DNA from: Azolla caroliniana
Taxonomy: Eukaryota > Plantae > Polypodiophyta
Length of the DNA stretch: 64,000 nt
Reading direction: 5' to 3'
NCBI GenBank assembly: GCA_043228905.1
Contig: JBHGNT010000010.1
Span: 11,036,001 to 11,100,000 of the forward strand
This document shows, piece after piece, positions 13,345 to 25,572 of this stretch. The position numbers and the translations under genes are program-made. The notes beneath the pieces are model-generated. The model saw only the letters and a program-made list of their open reading frames with translations, ran no database searches and had not been told where the DNA came from. Every line of letters starts with the position of its first letter. Position 1 is the first letter of the stretch.

Positions 13345-16250
13345 CAAATAAGCCTTGGCGGCCTGGCACTACGGTTCGGCGCGATGAGGACCTCCATACT
13401 AGCACGGGAGAACCCACCCTCCTTCTTCGATCTTCAATCCATGTTGTTGGTCGAAGAAAACCATGTTCGAACAAGGAGCAACGCCTCTGAAGACCACATG
13501 CTTTACTCACACTCAAACGGAGGAAGAGGACGCGGCCGTGCAAGAAGAGTCTGATTCAGCCAAGGACGAGGCCCGAGTTACGAAAACAACTCTCAAGTAC
13601 GACAACAAGACAAAGGCCATCGAGGAACCTTCAGAAGAGGGGAGAGCCACCATTCCGGTCTGAGCCAACAAACCTTGATAGAATGCGTATATTGCGGCAA
13701 AATCCGCCACCACAAAGAAGAGTGTCGAAAGAAGATGCGCGAGTCGGTTTCCACTAATCGACAACTAACCAATTACGCAACCAATTCCGACTATGACGAT
13801 CGTGGCGGAATGTTCGTAATGAGATAGAACAAATTGTATGTCGGCCTCTACTTCAACTAGTACCTCCGGTCCAGAAGAAGTATGGTTCTTCGACTTTGGT
13901 GCTTCAAATCATATGACGTCTCATCAAGAATGGTTCCGAGAACTTCGAGAGCCGGACCGACCCGGTTATGTCGAAACCGGAGACGACATTATGCATCTGA
14001 TTCGACACATCGGCAATATCCCATTCGGCAAAGAAGGTAACCAAACTTTTATTAAAAATGTCTTGCATGTACCAACCATTATGAATAATTTGGTCTCCGT
14101 CAGCCAAATTGTTGAGCAACGGATGCAAGTATGATTTAATCAAGGTGGTTGCTTCATCGAAAAAGAGGGCTGACTCATCGCTCGTGGACGAAGAGAGGGT
14201 CGAATGTTCATTCTGTTGGGAGACAGGTCCCTCCGGATGGGAAGAGAGAAGAACGGACCCGAGCTACGGAGAGCCGGATGACGCAGACCCGGTGAGAACC
14301 GGATGAGGAGTGCCCGGCTACGGAGAGCCGGATGGTGCAGACCCGGTGAGATCCGAATGAGGAGTACCCGGCTACGGAGAGCCGGATGGTGCAGACCCGG
14401 TGAGAACCGGATGAAGAGACATATTCGTAAATATGTTTCTGAGAGTCCATCGAGGCTATATTTGTAAATAGCCGAAAAGTCATATTAGTATAAATATGAC
14501 TTAGGACAAACTTATAGTTGTTGTTGTTGTAGTTGTTAATTTTTCTTGTTGGTGCAAGAAGAAGAAGAGCGAGCACGTAAGAGTGTACAGAGAGAGAGAG
14601 AGAGAGAAAGAGGTCGTTGCCTCTGTTGTAACCGGCGCCTATGGCGAAGATCGTGAGCACGAGGTCGTTACCTCTGTGAACTCACTGTTTTTGTACATTC
14701 CAACATAGTGATAGTTTGCAGCCTGTGGGCTGCCGTGGTTTTTCCCTTAGTTTGGGTGGGTTTTCCACGTAAACATCCTGTGCACCTTTTCTCTCCTTTG
14801 TGTCGTGCTTTTCCGTTTCCTGTTTTCTATGTATGATTCTAAGCTTGGTTGTGGCCGAGCGTTGAGCATAAGGAGCGTTGAGTTTCCGTCAAGTGGTATC
14901 AGAGCGAACGACACAGAAAATGGACGAATCGTTTGGCGGCATGTTCAAGCTCACCGGCTCCAACTATTCAGTGTGGAAGTCGAAGATGAGGGACATGCTC
15001 GTGGTTAAAGACCTCTGGCTGTCGATTCAGTTCGGGGACAAGAGATCGGACAAAATCGACGCCGCGATATGGGAGGTGATGCACATGAAGACAACGACGT
15101 ACATACGGTGCTTCATCGACATGAGCCTGTACAACAACTTCAATGAAGAGAGCAAGGCTCATGAGCTCTGGGAGAAGATCGGCATAATGTTTCAGAACAA
15201 ATATGTTGTTAATCAGGTTTCGGTATTCCGGAAGCTAGTAAGACTCCGGTACCAACATGGCTCCAGCATGGCGGAGAACATGAATGCCTTCCAGGGGCTG
15301 ATCCACCAGGCAACTTAATTGGAAGTACCTCTCGCCGATGAGGTACTAGCGCTACTCCTGCTCGGTTCCCTCCCGGATAGCTGGGAGACGTTGGTTGTCA
15401 CTTTGGGCAATGCCGGGCTGGAAGGAAAACGGTTATCCCCAGCAAGAGTGAAGTCGAGCCTGCTAGATGAGGAGGCGCGTCGGAAAGATAAGGATACGAG
15501 CTCCGACTCCAAAGCGCTCCTTACCGAATCGGAATGCGGAAGACATAGAAACCGTAGTCCCCAGAACTGGGAGAAGTCGGGGACACGGTCAGAGTCAAGG
15601 GGGAGGCCTACTTGCTTCTATTGCGGCAAGCCGGGACACTTCCAAAAGAACTGTTGGCATTTCCGTAAAGACAAGGAAACCGACGGTACCGATTCGAAGC
15701 GGACACCGGACCGGAACGGTAAAGACCGTAGGGGACAGGACCGGAAGGGAATGACGGCAATCGCAGCAAGTGAAGAGGAGTTGATGCTCATCATTGAGGA
15801 GAGTGAGATAAACCTTGCCGGCGACGAGATGACCTGGGTGGTAGACTCCGGAGCGTCGTTCCACCTTACCCCGGACTGGAAATACTTCTCATCCTACTCA
15901 ACCGGTGATCACGGCTGTGTCCGGATGGGGAATGAAGGTACATGCCGAATTGTCGGCATAGGAGACGTGTGGCTGTGGGCCGGAAGCTGTGGGCCACACC
16001 GTTGAAGACGAAGGATCAGGTGTTATCCATCTTCAAAGAGCTCCACGCGAGAGTGGAAAGAGAAACCGGTTGGAAGCTGAAGGTGGTTCGACTAGATAAC
16101 GGAGGAGAATACCAGGGGCAGTTCGAGGAGTACTGCCGCTCGAAGGGAATCCGGCTCGAATTTACCATGCCGAAGACGCCAGAACTAAACGGACTGGCTG
16201 AGAGGATGAACCAAACCATAATGGAGAGGGTCCGGAGTATGCTAGTGCGT

Positions 16251-17006
16251 TGTCGTAGTGTATTCCACACACTACGTGAAAACCATAAAATAATATATCC
16301 GAATTTAGATACATATAAATAAATAAATAATATATCAAAAGAATTTATCACGTGCATAGGGCAGGATTTGAACCATGCACCTCCACGTAGATAAACCCCA
16401 ACTTTACCATTGTAATAACTTATCTTTAGTGTTATAAATATAGATTTAATACGTATAAGACCTTTATTTACACATACCTTTATTAAAAGGTAAAAATCAT
16501 GTATTCTTTAGAGTGTGAATATTTTATTTACACGTGACATTAAAAGTGACTCGTGCACATCTAGCGTGCACGAGCCCTATATTTAGGAAATGACAAAACA
16601 TCACATGCACATTTAGTGTGCATGGGCACTTTAGGTGAAAAAGCATGAAGCCATGCTTAGCCTCTTCCATCTTTATATAAGGAGGAGAAAAATATGTATA
16701 TGGTTGTTGATTAATATAGAAGAATTGATCAATCTAATAGATTCGTGGGATTCACGAATTTTGCCATCTAATTGCTCTAATAATCTAAATATTGTTTTAA
16801 TTACACTAAACTCGTGGGATTCACGAGGTTACTATCTTACTTCTCTTCCTATTATTCATAACTAGCCTTAAGTTGTATTCCTCTTCCTCCTAGTCCAAAA
16901 CCTCGGCGGTTCCCACCCGACTCACGCAACGATCCGGAGCCGAAGGGCACGACAGCGTGCAAGACTACCCAAGAAGTTTTGGGTTGAGGCACTGTCGACA
17001 ACGACA
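16251..17006 (+). mobile_element. Solo LTR of a gypsy-type family related to 58526-59624
   Basis: TGTCGT...ACGACA ends, TSD TGCGT/TGTGT. Shares the GAACCGCCGxGGTTxTGGAC motif with the LTR at 58526. Confidence 0.8.
16355..16420 (-). ncRNA. tRNA-like Pol III cassette (degenerate) inside LTR
   Basis: Minus strand reads TATTACAATGGTAAAG...GAGGTGCATGGTTCAAATCCTGCCC. B box GGTTCAAATCC is canonical. Confidence 0.55.
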
Positions 17007-19243
17007 TGTGTGATAAACAGATCACCCTCAGTACCCTTGGACGGAGACACGCCACAGAGAGTCTGGACCGGTAAGGAAGTGTCCTACCCGCATCTGAAGG
17101 TATTAAGGTGTCTCGCGTACGTGCATGTATCTAAGGACCGGAGAGGAAAGTTAGATCCAAAGACCCGGCCATGCATATTCCTCGGTTACGGTGACGATGA
17201 GTTCGATTACCGAGTGTGGGACCTGGTCGACAAGAAGGTATTCCAGAGTCGAGATATTATCTTCATGGAGGACAAGACGCTCGCCGACTGGGAGTCGGAG
17301 AAGAAGATAATGAACTCTGAGTCGACCGGGAAGGATCGACTCTACGATGAGCAGACAGAACCGGCAAGAGACCGGTTAGCACTCGAGGGACCATCCGGTT
17401 ACGGTGAGGATACCGAACAGGCTGAAGAAGAAGTAGTGGAAGCTGAAACCGGAACTGGCCAAGACCCCGAATCGAATTCGGATGAAGAGCAAGTGGAGGA
17501 GCCGGTTACCGAAGCCCGAAGACGGAGATATCCTCTCAGAGAGAGAAGGGCCCCCCGGAGATTTCTAGATGCAGAGCATGTTCTGCTGACCGATGAGGGG
17601 GAGCCGGAAAGCTTCGAAGAAGCGAAGGATGACACCCACATCCGCAAATGGTTAAGTGCCATGCAGGACGAGATGGATTCCTTGCATGAGAACCATACGT
17701 ACGAATTGGTGGAGTTGCCGAAAGGAAAGCGGGCACTCCGAAACAAGTGGGTGTACAAGTTGAAACCGGGAGATGCCGGCAACCCCCCAAGATACAAAGC
17801 CAGGATCGTGGTGAAGGGGTTCTAGCAGAAAAAGGGCGTGGAGTTTGACGAGATATTTGCCCCGGTTGTAAAGATGACCTCCATCCGGACGGTGTTGAGT
17901 ATAGCGGCAAGCATGGACCTTGAGGTAGAGCAGCTGGACGTGAAGACGACATTTCTTCACGGCGACCTCGAAGAGGAGATCTACATGCAGCAATCAGAAG
18001 GATTTGTGGAGAAAGGGAAGGAGCACCTGGTATGCCGGCTGAAGAAGAGCCTGTACGGACTAAAGCAGGCTCCCCGACAATGGTACCGGAAGTTCGATTC
18101 CTTCATGACCGATCAAGGGTACCACAAGACGCAGGCCGATCACTGCGTGTTTGTGAAGAAGTTCGAAGGAGGCGACTTCCTGATACTCCTTCTGTACGTG
18201 GATGACATGTTGATCGTCGGACGTGACCAAGTCAAAATACGGATGCTGAAGAAGGCTCTCAACCGGACCTTCTCAATGAAAGACTTGGGTCCGGCAAGAC
18301 AGATGTTGGGGATGCACATCATTCGGGACCGGTCAAAGAAGCAATTATGGCTGTCACGGGAGAAGTACGTGACAAAGGTGCTTCACCGATTCAACATGTC
18401 AGAAGCGAAACCGGTCGAATCGACACTTCCGGCAAACTGCAGGCTATCTGGTAAGCAGAGCCCGAAGACGAAAGCAGAGAAGGCAGATATGATGAAGATT
18501 CCATATGCCTCTGCCGTCGGGAGCTTGATGTACGCAATGGTGTGTACCCGACCGGATATAGGATACGCAGTTGGAGTGGTGAGCCGGTTTATGAGCAATC
18601 CCGGCAAGGAGCACTGGAACGTTGTCAAATGGATACTCCGGTATTTGAAGGGTACTTCAAATATGTGTCTCCGATTCGGCTCCGGAAGACCTCAACTTGA
18701 CGGTTTCACCGACTCGGACATGTCGGTTGATGTGGATACCAGCCGGTCTACATCCGGGTATGTAATGACATATGCAGGGGGAGTTGTCTCGTGGCAGTCG
18801 AGGTTGCAGAAGACGGTTGCATTGTCAACCACGGAGGCAGAGTACATGGCGGTTGTGGAAGCCGGCAAGGAAATATTATGGATGAAGGACTTCATCGGAG
18901 AGCTCGGTATCCGGCAAGATGAATACCGACTCTATTGCGACAGTCAAACTGCCATCCACCTTGCTAAAAATGCGGCCTACCATTCCCGGGCGAAGCATAT
19001 CTAGCGAAGATATCACTGGATCCGGGAAAGAGTAGATGACCAGGAGTTCGCGTTGATGAAGATCCACACGGCCGAGAATGGGTCAGATATGCTGACCAAA
19101 GGGCTGATACCCAACAAGCTGGATGCATGCCGAAAGCGGGTCGGACTGGTAAGACATCCCATGCCGGAGTGAAGGGGGAGTTTGTTGGGAGACAGGTCCC
19201 TCCGGATGGGAAGAGAGAAGAACGGTCCCGATGAGAACCATAT

Positions 19244-19620
19244 GAGGAGTACCCAGCTACGGAGAGCCAGATGATGCAGACCCGGTGAGAACCAGATGAG
19301 TACCCGGCTACGGAGAGCCGGATGACGCAGACCCGGTGAGAACCGGATGAGGAGTACCCGGCTACGGAGAGCCGGATGACGCAGACCCGGTGAGAAACGG
19401 ATGAGGAGTACCCGGCTACGAAGAGCCGGATGACGCAGACCCGGTGAGAACCGGATGAGGAGTACCCGGCTAGGGAGAGCCGGATGACGCAGACCCGGTG
19501 AGAAACGGATGAGGAGTACCCGGCTACGGAGAGCCGGATGGTGCAAACCCGGTGAGATCCGGATGAGGAGTACCCGGCTACGGAGAGCCGGATGGTGCAG
19601 ACCCGGTGAGAACCGGATGA
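19244..19620. repeat. Seven copies of a 54-bp GC-rich unit in the 3' LTR of element C (three copies in the 5' LTR at about 14262-14414)
   Basis: Unit GAGGAGTACCCGGCTACGGAGAGCCGGATGACGCAGACCCGGTGAGAACCGGAT; shows as 18-aa periodicity in the ORF track. Confidence 0.95.
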
Positions 19621-20328
19621 AGAGACATATTTGTAAATATGTTTCTGAGAGTCCATCGAGGCTATATTTGTAAATAGCCGAAAAGTCATATTAGTATAAA
19701 TATGACTTAGGGCAAACTTATAGTTGTTGTTGTTGTAGTTGTTGTTAATTTTTCTTGTTGGTGCAAGAAGAAGAAGAGCGAGCACGTAAGAGTGTACAGA
19801 GAGAGAGAGAGAGAAAGAGGTCGTTGCCTTTGTTGTAACCGCCGCCTGTGGCGAAGATCGTGAGCACGAGGTCGTTGCCTCCATGAACTCACTGTTTTGT
19901 ACATTCCAACATAGTGATAGTTTGCAACCTGTGGGCTGTCGTGGTTTTTCCCTTAGTTTGGGTTTTCCACGTAAACATCCTGTGCACCTTTTCTCTCCTT
20001 TGTGTCGTGCTTTTCCATTTCCTATTTTCTGTGTATGATTCTAAGCTCGGTTGTGGCCGAGCATTGTGCATAAGGAGCGTTGAGTTTCCGTCACATTCTC
20101 GACTCACACGAGATGAAATCGGCCATGTTCACAAAGGGCACGAAAGCCGATTCCGACATAGAGTTATGGCACAAGTGGATTAGCCATATCAACCTCCAAA
20201 AGCTCAAGGCAATGCAATCAAAAGGAGTCATCATCGGGCTCCCAACATTCACGGAGAAAGAGATTGAAAGCGTGTGTGTCGCTTGCCAATTCGGCAAGCA
20301 ACATCGGCTCCCATTTCCGAAGGAGCGG

Positions 20329-21310
20329 TGTCGCAAAAATACGACGAGGATACGTGAACTTGAGGCAGGACCCCGGGGCCTCCGACCGGAAGATATCAAT
20401 TTCGTATGTTTATATTAAACAACTAATGGAAAATGAGAAAGATTGACAAATTTTATTAATAAATAGAAAAGAAAATTACAATCAATCCCAAGATTGGGAT
20501 TACAAAAGTTTTATCTTAAGGAGATTACTAGAATAATAGATTAGAGGAAATAAGAGATTATGATTCTTGAGTGATATGGCTTTGATAAGGAATTTTGGAT
20601 TTTGAGAGATTGCTTCCGTGTGGAAATTATGGTTTACTTGAGAGATAGCTTTCGTAGGGAAGATTAGGGTTTATGAGACTTATGGCTTCCCTAAGATAAG
20701 GGAGCTAAGAAGGAAAAGAAAAAAAATTAAGATAATATGGAGAGAGCATGAGTGTAGGAAAAAAAATGGAAAATTCTATGGAGTTCCCCGTTGATCATAT
20801 GCCTCCACTTTTTGTTGCATGGCCTCTACTTTTAGTTGCATAGCTTTTTCTTTTCGTTGCATCTATTTTTAGTTGCATGGCTTTTTCTTTTAGTTGCATG
20901 CGACCATCCACACGACCTTTACTTTAGTTTTCTTCACTTCACTTTAATTAGCCACATGATCTTGATATCCATTCGGTTTGCGTCCAGCCTCGTCCGGTCG
21001 CCGATTGCCGCCGCCTCATCGGCTCCGCCGCCAGTTCCGGTTTGCTTACCGGCCCGTTGTCGTGAAGAATTTCGTCCAGAGGTAGAAACCGGGAAATATT
21101 GGCTACATCGGCGGGGTGCACCATGTGCACTCACCCTCGTGTAATTGTGTGAATAATAGGAGTTAAGTCGGGACGAAGAATCCCATGTAAATCAGGATTT
21201 ATCCACATTGTAATGCATCCCTCTCCTTGTTCTATAAAAGGAAGGGATGGTCCCTTGTAGAAGGGTTGCCCATTTTGTATTAGTAGGGTATACCGTTAGA
21301 TGGAGAGACA

Positions 21311-21358
<48 letters not shown>

Positions 21359-22252
21359 TTAGGGTTTCTTCTTCTTCTTCGTCCTTTTGTGCGTCGAGCC
21401 TTGGCATCTAGCGTTCCAGTTTTCTGCCTTGTACTCTATGCAAGACCTCGCTCGGCGCGACAAGCCCGAGAGCTCCCCGACGGGCGGCTTGGTAGTAGAC
21501 AACAGTTGTATCTCATGCGACCTAGGTCCGGCTTGAAGTCGGTGTTGAATCTCGTTGTCTTGTAAATACATATACATTTGGTTGTGCATATTCGGGTCTC
21601 TGTTGGTGTGTGTGTGTGCGTGTCTTAGTGTTTCTTTCTTGCTTATGTACATGTTCGTGCGAGAGTCAATGTTGCCTGCCTGCTCACTCTCTCTCTCTCC
21701 CTTCAATTGCTTCCGGTGTGCTCCTGGGTTGCCCCGAAAAGGGTGAATCACGGCTTCCTACGCTCCGTCACTCCCTAATCCAAGACCCCCATGGTCCCGC
21801 CTTTCTACACGCACGCACGTAACAACGCGACACTGTTTCCGGTTTTGCTTACCGGCCGATTCCAGTTTTGCTTACCAGCCGGTTCTAGTTTTGCTTACCA
21901 TGCGGTTTCCGATTTTGCTTACCGGCCGGTTTCTGGTTTTTGGGAACTTGGCCACCATCATCCATCAAGACAAAGTGGCCAAAGTGCTCTTAGCACAAAT
22001 AAAAAATGAGGGAGCTCAAGGTTCTTATATAGCCAGGGCCTTAAGTTTCCTATCTATGTGGGATAGTTCTAATTTCCCTATCTTCTCAAACTTCATTTTC
22101 ACATAACTTGATATTTATTTCTCCATTTTGTATATAGTAAAATATGTTTTGAAGCTCTTGAGTATATCCATCTTTCTATAGTAAGCTACTAATCTAATCT
22201 ATAATAATTATTTTATTATTTTTTTACATAGTGTGAGAAGATTCACACGACA
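20329..22252 (-). mobile_element. Large solo LTR carrying ~23-bp tandem repeats and a nested solo LTR
   Basis: TGTCGC...CACGACA ends. Host copia reading FPKER|NMSK resumes. Flanks GCGG/ACGG. Confidence 0.7.
21058..21832. mobile_element. Nested solo LTR
   Basis: TGTCGTG...CGCGACA ends, TATA at about 21233. It interrupts the TTGCTTACCGGCC repeat array. Flanks CCGT/CTGT. Confidence 0.7.
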
Positions 22253-22283
22253 ACGGAACATGAGCAAAGGCGTACTCGACGTA

Positions 22284-22585
22284 AATATCTAAAATATTTA
22301 CATTCTTGAATATTTCATGATTATATTTATGATAATATTCTAGCACATTCTAGAATACTCCATAAGGACCTATAAGTAGGTGTCCATACATCCATCACAA
22401 CTCATTCGGTTCAACACCAGTCTTTAGCCCTTAGCCTACTCTTTGTAAATCTTGTTCTCTCATAGTATAAACTCATTTCCCTTTCTGTCTTATTTCTGTC
22501 TCTCTTTACCTTCTATCTTCATCTTTTCTACTCTCTCTCTCTCTCTCTCTCTCTCCCCCCCCTCTCATACTCACGAGTCACGACA
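22284..22585 (+). mobile_element. 5'-truncated LTR related to the chromovirus LTR at 44810
   Basis: ACATTCTAGAA..CTATAA..GGTTCAACACCAGTCTT motifs are shared. Ends CACGACA. Confidence 0.6.
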
Positions 22586-22770
22586 TCCCCGATGATGCAT
22601 CTGTTTCCAACCCTTTCTTCATCATATAAGCACGTAAATGCAAGACATGTACAAGGTTTCTTTCTTTACAGAATATCTGCAAGATGAATGCAAAATGATC
22701 AAGGGGAGGTGGAGAGAGCTTCCCATCATGCAAGAAATGAAGCATATGCTCGGAGCTAAGCATCTTCCAG
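22586..22770 (-). pseudogene. Putative N-terminal fragment of a PPR gene
   Basis: FAFILQIFCKERNLVHVLHLRAYMMKKGLETDASSG resembles the first L-type motif of PLS-class PPR proteins. It is cut by the LTR at 22585. Confidence 0.4.
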
Positions 22771-22789
22771 GGTACCCACTCTCCATAAC

Positions 22790-23826
22790 AGGTTGGCTCT
22801 CACACAGAGAGTTCACACACAAAACCACACACTCTAACAAAGAGACAAGCAGACACACGAAGAGGGAGAGTGAGAGATTAGTGATGGAGAGGAAGAGTGA
22901 GGGATAGACTTCCTCTCAAAGTTAAGGGGGGGGATGGGGGAAACTAAAGAAGCTCCTCTCATGAAACACCCACCATTTCTTCAACTGCATCGACACACTA
23001 ACATCGAGGAGCAAAGAGGGAGAGAGAGACTTCTTCTCAAGAGCGGGTCAGTCGTTTGGGTGTGCCAAGTTGTGTTGATGGGTGGGAGGTGGAGCCAAGA
23101 ATGGCTCCAACCCCCTCCCAAGGGGGTTCGAATGTGAGAGGAGAGAGGGAGAGAGAGACACGGAGAATGAGAGGGAAAATCAAGACAGACACAAGTTGAG
23201 GGGTAACTTCACTATATTTCTCCTCCTTTTCATGCCCCATGGGTGGGGGTTTATATAGTACAAGATCAAGATAGTGCAAAAAGCCAAATGGGAGTAGTTA
23301 CACCTACTTACCCCAGTCTCTCACATGTGTACACATGCACACACAAAGCCAAATGTGCATGTGTACACACACACACACTCTTCCTCACACATTACACATT
23401 AACATTTCATGTTACACATTACATCTTAACCCTCCCATACACCTATACTGGTAACAAGTGTAATGTGATTGTAGTTGAACAATAGTGGTTACTGTGTGAG
23501 TGGGGTAGAGAGTGGAACAGTTGTGGCCGTTAGAGAACGTAGAAGGCATTTTCTAGGACTCTCTCTCTCTCTCTCTCTTTGTGTTGTTGTCGTATGTTTG
23601 CATAGACGAAGACTCTGAATTATTCGATTGTGGCTAGATCAGAGTGTTGCAATAACCCCCATATGTTAGGTAAGAACACTTTGTATATATCACTCATAGT
23701 GAAGTTGTTCTGAAGTTTGTGGGCTCCCATGGTTTTTTTCCCGTTAAGGTTTTCCACGATAAACTCTAGTGTACTTGTGTTTATATTCTTTGTTTCATAT
23801 GTTATCTCTCCGTGTGTGATCCTACA
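22790..23826. mobile_element. LTR remnants (minus-strand piece ~22790-23456; copia-type piece ~23459-23826)
   Basis: TATA on the minus strand near 23255. Copia U5-type motif GGTTTTTTTCCCGTTAAGGTTTTCCACG, ending CCTACA. No TSD found. Confidence 0.4.
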
Positions 23827-23867
23827 TTCGTCAAATCTCCCATCACATTCTGGATGAATAGTATATA

Positions 23868-24840
23868 TGTTGAGAATCAAGCTCAACATAGTGCAACGTG
23901 TGAACACACCATTTACTACCCTTTACACATAAACTATGTGTCATCATAGTTCTAGCCATGCGTCTCATTCGTGTCATACTCAAACGCCAATATTCGTATC
24001 ATACTCATACGTGAAAAGGCTCCAAGTATGATTGAAATCCATACGCGGTACATAGATATATACATATGGTGTACATAGTGTGTGTGTGTGGGGGGGGGGA
24101 GAGAGAGAGAGAGAGTGTGTGTGTGTGTGTGTGTGTGGTCTAGAGAGAGAAGCCCTGTTTTGCATGTGTGAGGAGACAGTAGTTGAGTGTATATCTAGAA
24201 TCTAGAGAGAGAGAGAGAGAGGAGCTATGGGTTTTGTCTGTGTGAGGGAGTGTGTAATATGTATATTAGATATCTAGATTTTGTAGAGAGAGAAGATCTG
24301 TTGGTTCTCGTGTGAGAGAGAGAGAGTGTGTGTGTGTGTCAGACGTCACTTCTCTTCACAAAGAATTATGAATATCAAAAATTTTAAAAAGCCAAACGAA
24401 TATCGTGTATCATACACGTACGTTTGCAAACGTTTGCGTACATCCAGTAAATTGGACATACGCGAATATTAGGAACTATGTGTGTCATAGAATCATATTC
24501 TATGACACATAACTAATGAGTTATATATTCCCCATGACTATGAGTCTTCACATTCCCCAAGAAAGAGTAGTTGTTGTAGTTAGTTAATGAAGAGAGAGGG
24601 TGACTATATATAAAGCACCCTCCTCATACTTCATAGCAAGTTGGTTGTGACTCCTTGTAATACTACATTTTTGTATCTCTTACTTTACTTGTGAATATAC
24701 ATCTTCTTCTTGTCGAGTATTCTATTTCCATTCTATCTAATTTACCTTGTGTTTTCTCTTCTCTCACCTCTTTTCTCTCACACATACACACATAACACAC
24801 ATCTCTTCCACTACACAAGAATCATACCTGATTCTTTACA
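23868..24840 (+). mobile_element. Solo LTR of family A (TSD ATATA), interrupted by a MITE
   Basis: Matches 6648-7111. ATATA at 23863-23867 and 24841-24845. Confidence 0.9.
23945..24480. mobile_element. hAT-type MITE
   Basis: TIR CATAGTTC...GAACTATG and 8-bp TSD TGTGTCAT (23937-23944, 24481-24488). Subterminal CGTAT/ATACG motifs. Confidence 0.88.
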
Positions 24841-24969
24841 ATATACATATTGATGTTTCCATAGAACATAATAAACGTATTCGTGCAAGCATCCAAACGT
24901 TTGAAAACGAATACGTTTGAAAAGGTAAAAATGTGTGTTCCTTTTTTTCCTCTTTTGTATTTATTTGAA

Positions 24970-25572
24970 AAGGGAAAAAAGAGATGAAGAGGATAAGAAA
25001 CAAAGAGATCGAGATGTTGAGGATCAGAAGAAACACAAAGACAAATATGTAGAGGATGATAAAAAACACAAAGACAGGAATGGAGACGATATGGAACGTA
25101 GAGAAAGGTACAAAGATTGATAAGAAACGCGGAGATAGAGATGAAAACGGTAGGAAACACAGGGAGAAGGATGAAAATGACAAAAAACGCAGAGATAGGG
25201 ACACAGAAGATTATAAGAAACACAAATATAGAGATGTCGAGGATGAGAGGAAATCCATAGAGAGGGATATTGAAGATGATAAGAAGCACATAGAAAAGGA
25301 TGTTGATGAGAGGAAACATAGATGAAGGGATGCTCAAGAGGATAAGAAGCACAGAGAAAAGGATGTTGATGAGAGGAAACACAAAGATAGAGACGTTGAT
25401 GAAAAGAAACTAAGAGATAGGAATGGCGAGGAGGATAGAGTTGTCTTGATTCTTAAGAAGCATCCCAAAGTTATGCATGTGATGCAATGCAAATATTGCA
25501 ACCATACTTATGTTGGTGGTCCACAATAGATTAGAGTCGACTTATTGGGATTGAGAGGACATGTGATTCAAT
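24970..25572 (+). pseudogene. Decayed hAT-like transposase N-terminus: charged repeat tract followed by a BED-type zinc finger
   Basis: In frame: ..KKHKDRDVEDD repeats..KKHPKVMHVMQCKYCNHTYVGGPQ*IRVDLLGLRGH. Upstream CGTATTCG/CGAATACG motifs resemble those of the MITE. Confidence 0.55.

Larger units (their letters stand above)
14919..19172 (+). pseudogene. Disrupted gag-pol of element C (deletion near 15976 removes the integrase N-part; solo LTR inserted at 16251)
   Basis: KLTGSNYSVWK, CFYCGKPGHFQKNC, WVVDSGASFH, RLDNGGEY, QLDVKTTFL, LYVDDML, STTEAEY. Confidence 0.92.
14214..20093 (+). mobile_element. Ty1/copia element C, Tnt1/Tork-like (LTRs 14214-14891 and 19183-20093, TSD CATTC)
   Basis: Paired LTRs TGTTGGGA...CCGTCA, PBS TGGTATCAGAGC at 14894, PPT GAAGGGGGAG, TSD CATTC at 14209-14213 and 20094-20098. 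Confidence 0.95.
6648..22283 (+). mobile_element. Ty1/copia element A, truncated host of a nest (LTR 6648-7111; gag-PR-pre-integrase pieces 7280-7705, 13345-14213, 20094-20328, 22253-22283)
   Basis: LTR followed by degenerate PBS TAGTATCAAAGC. The reading DNEMVQI|SLGGLA..CxxC knuckle..WFFDFGASNHMT..RMFI|LDSHEM..FPKER|NMSKGVLDV rejoins across each insertion. Confidence 0.85.

Noticed and set aside
19244-19620. Regular repeat array resembling CRISPR (also 27830-28250, 47561-47780, 60948-61275)
   Set aside because: Units are contiguous with no unique spacers, lie inside LTR elements, and there are no cas genes in this eukaryotic context.
18964-19884. 306-aa minus-strand ORF with 18-aa repeats
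   Set aside because: By-product of the stop-free 54-bp LTR repeat; not conserved as a complete ORF in the other LTR copies.
23868-24840. 3' LTR partner of element A (6648)
   Set aside because: It has its own TSD (ATATA) and no PPT, so it is an independent solo LTR.
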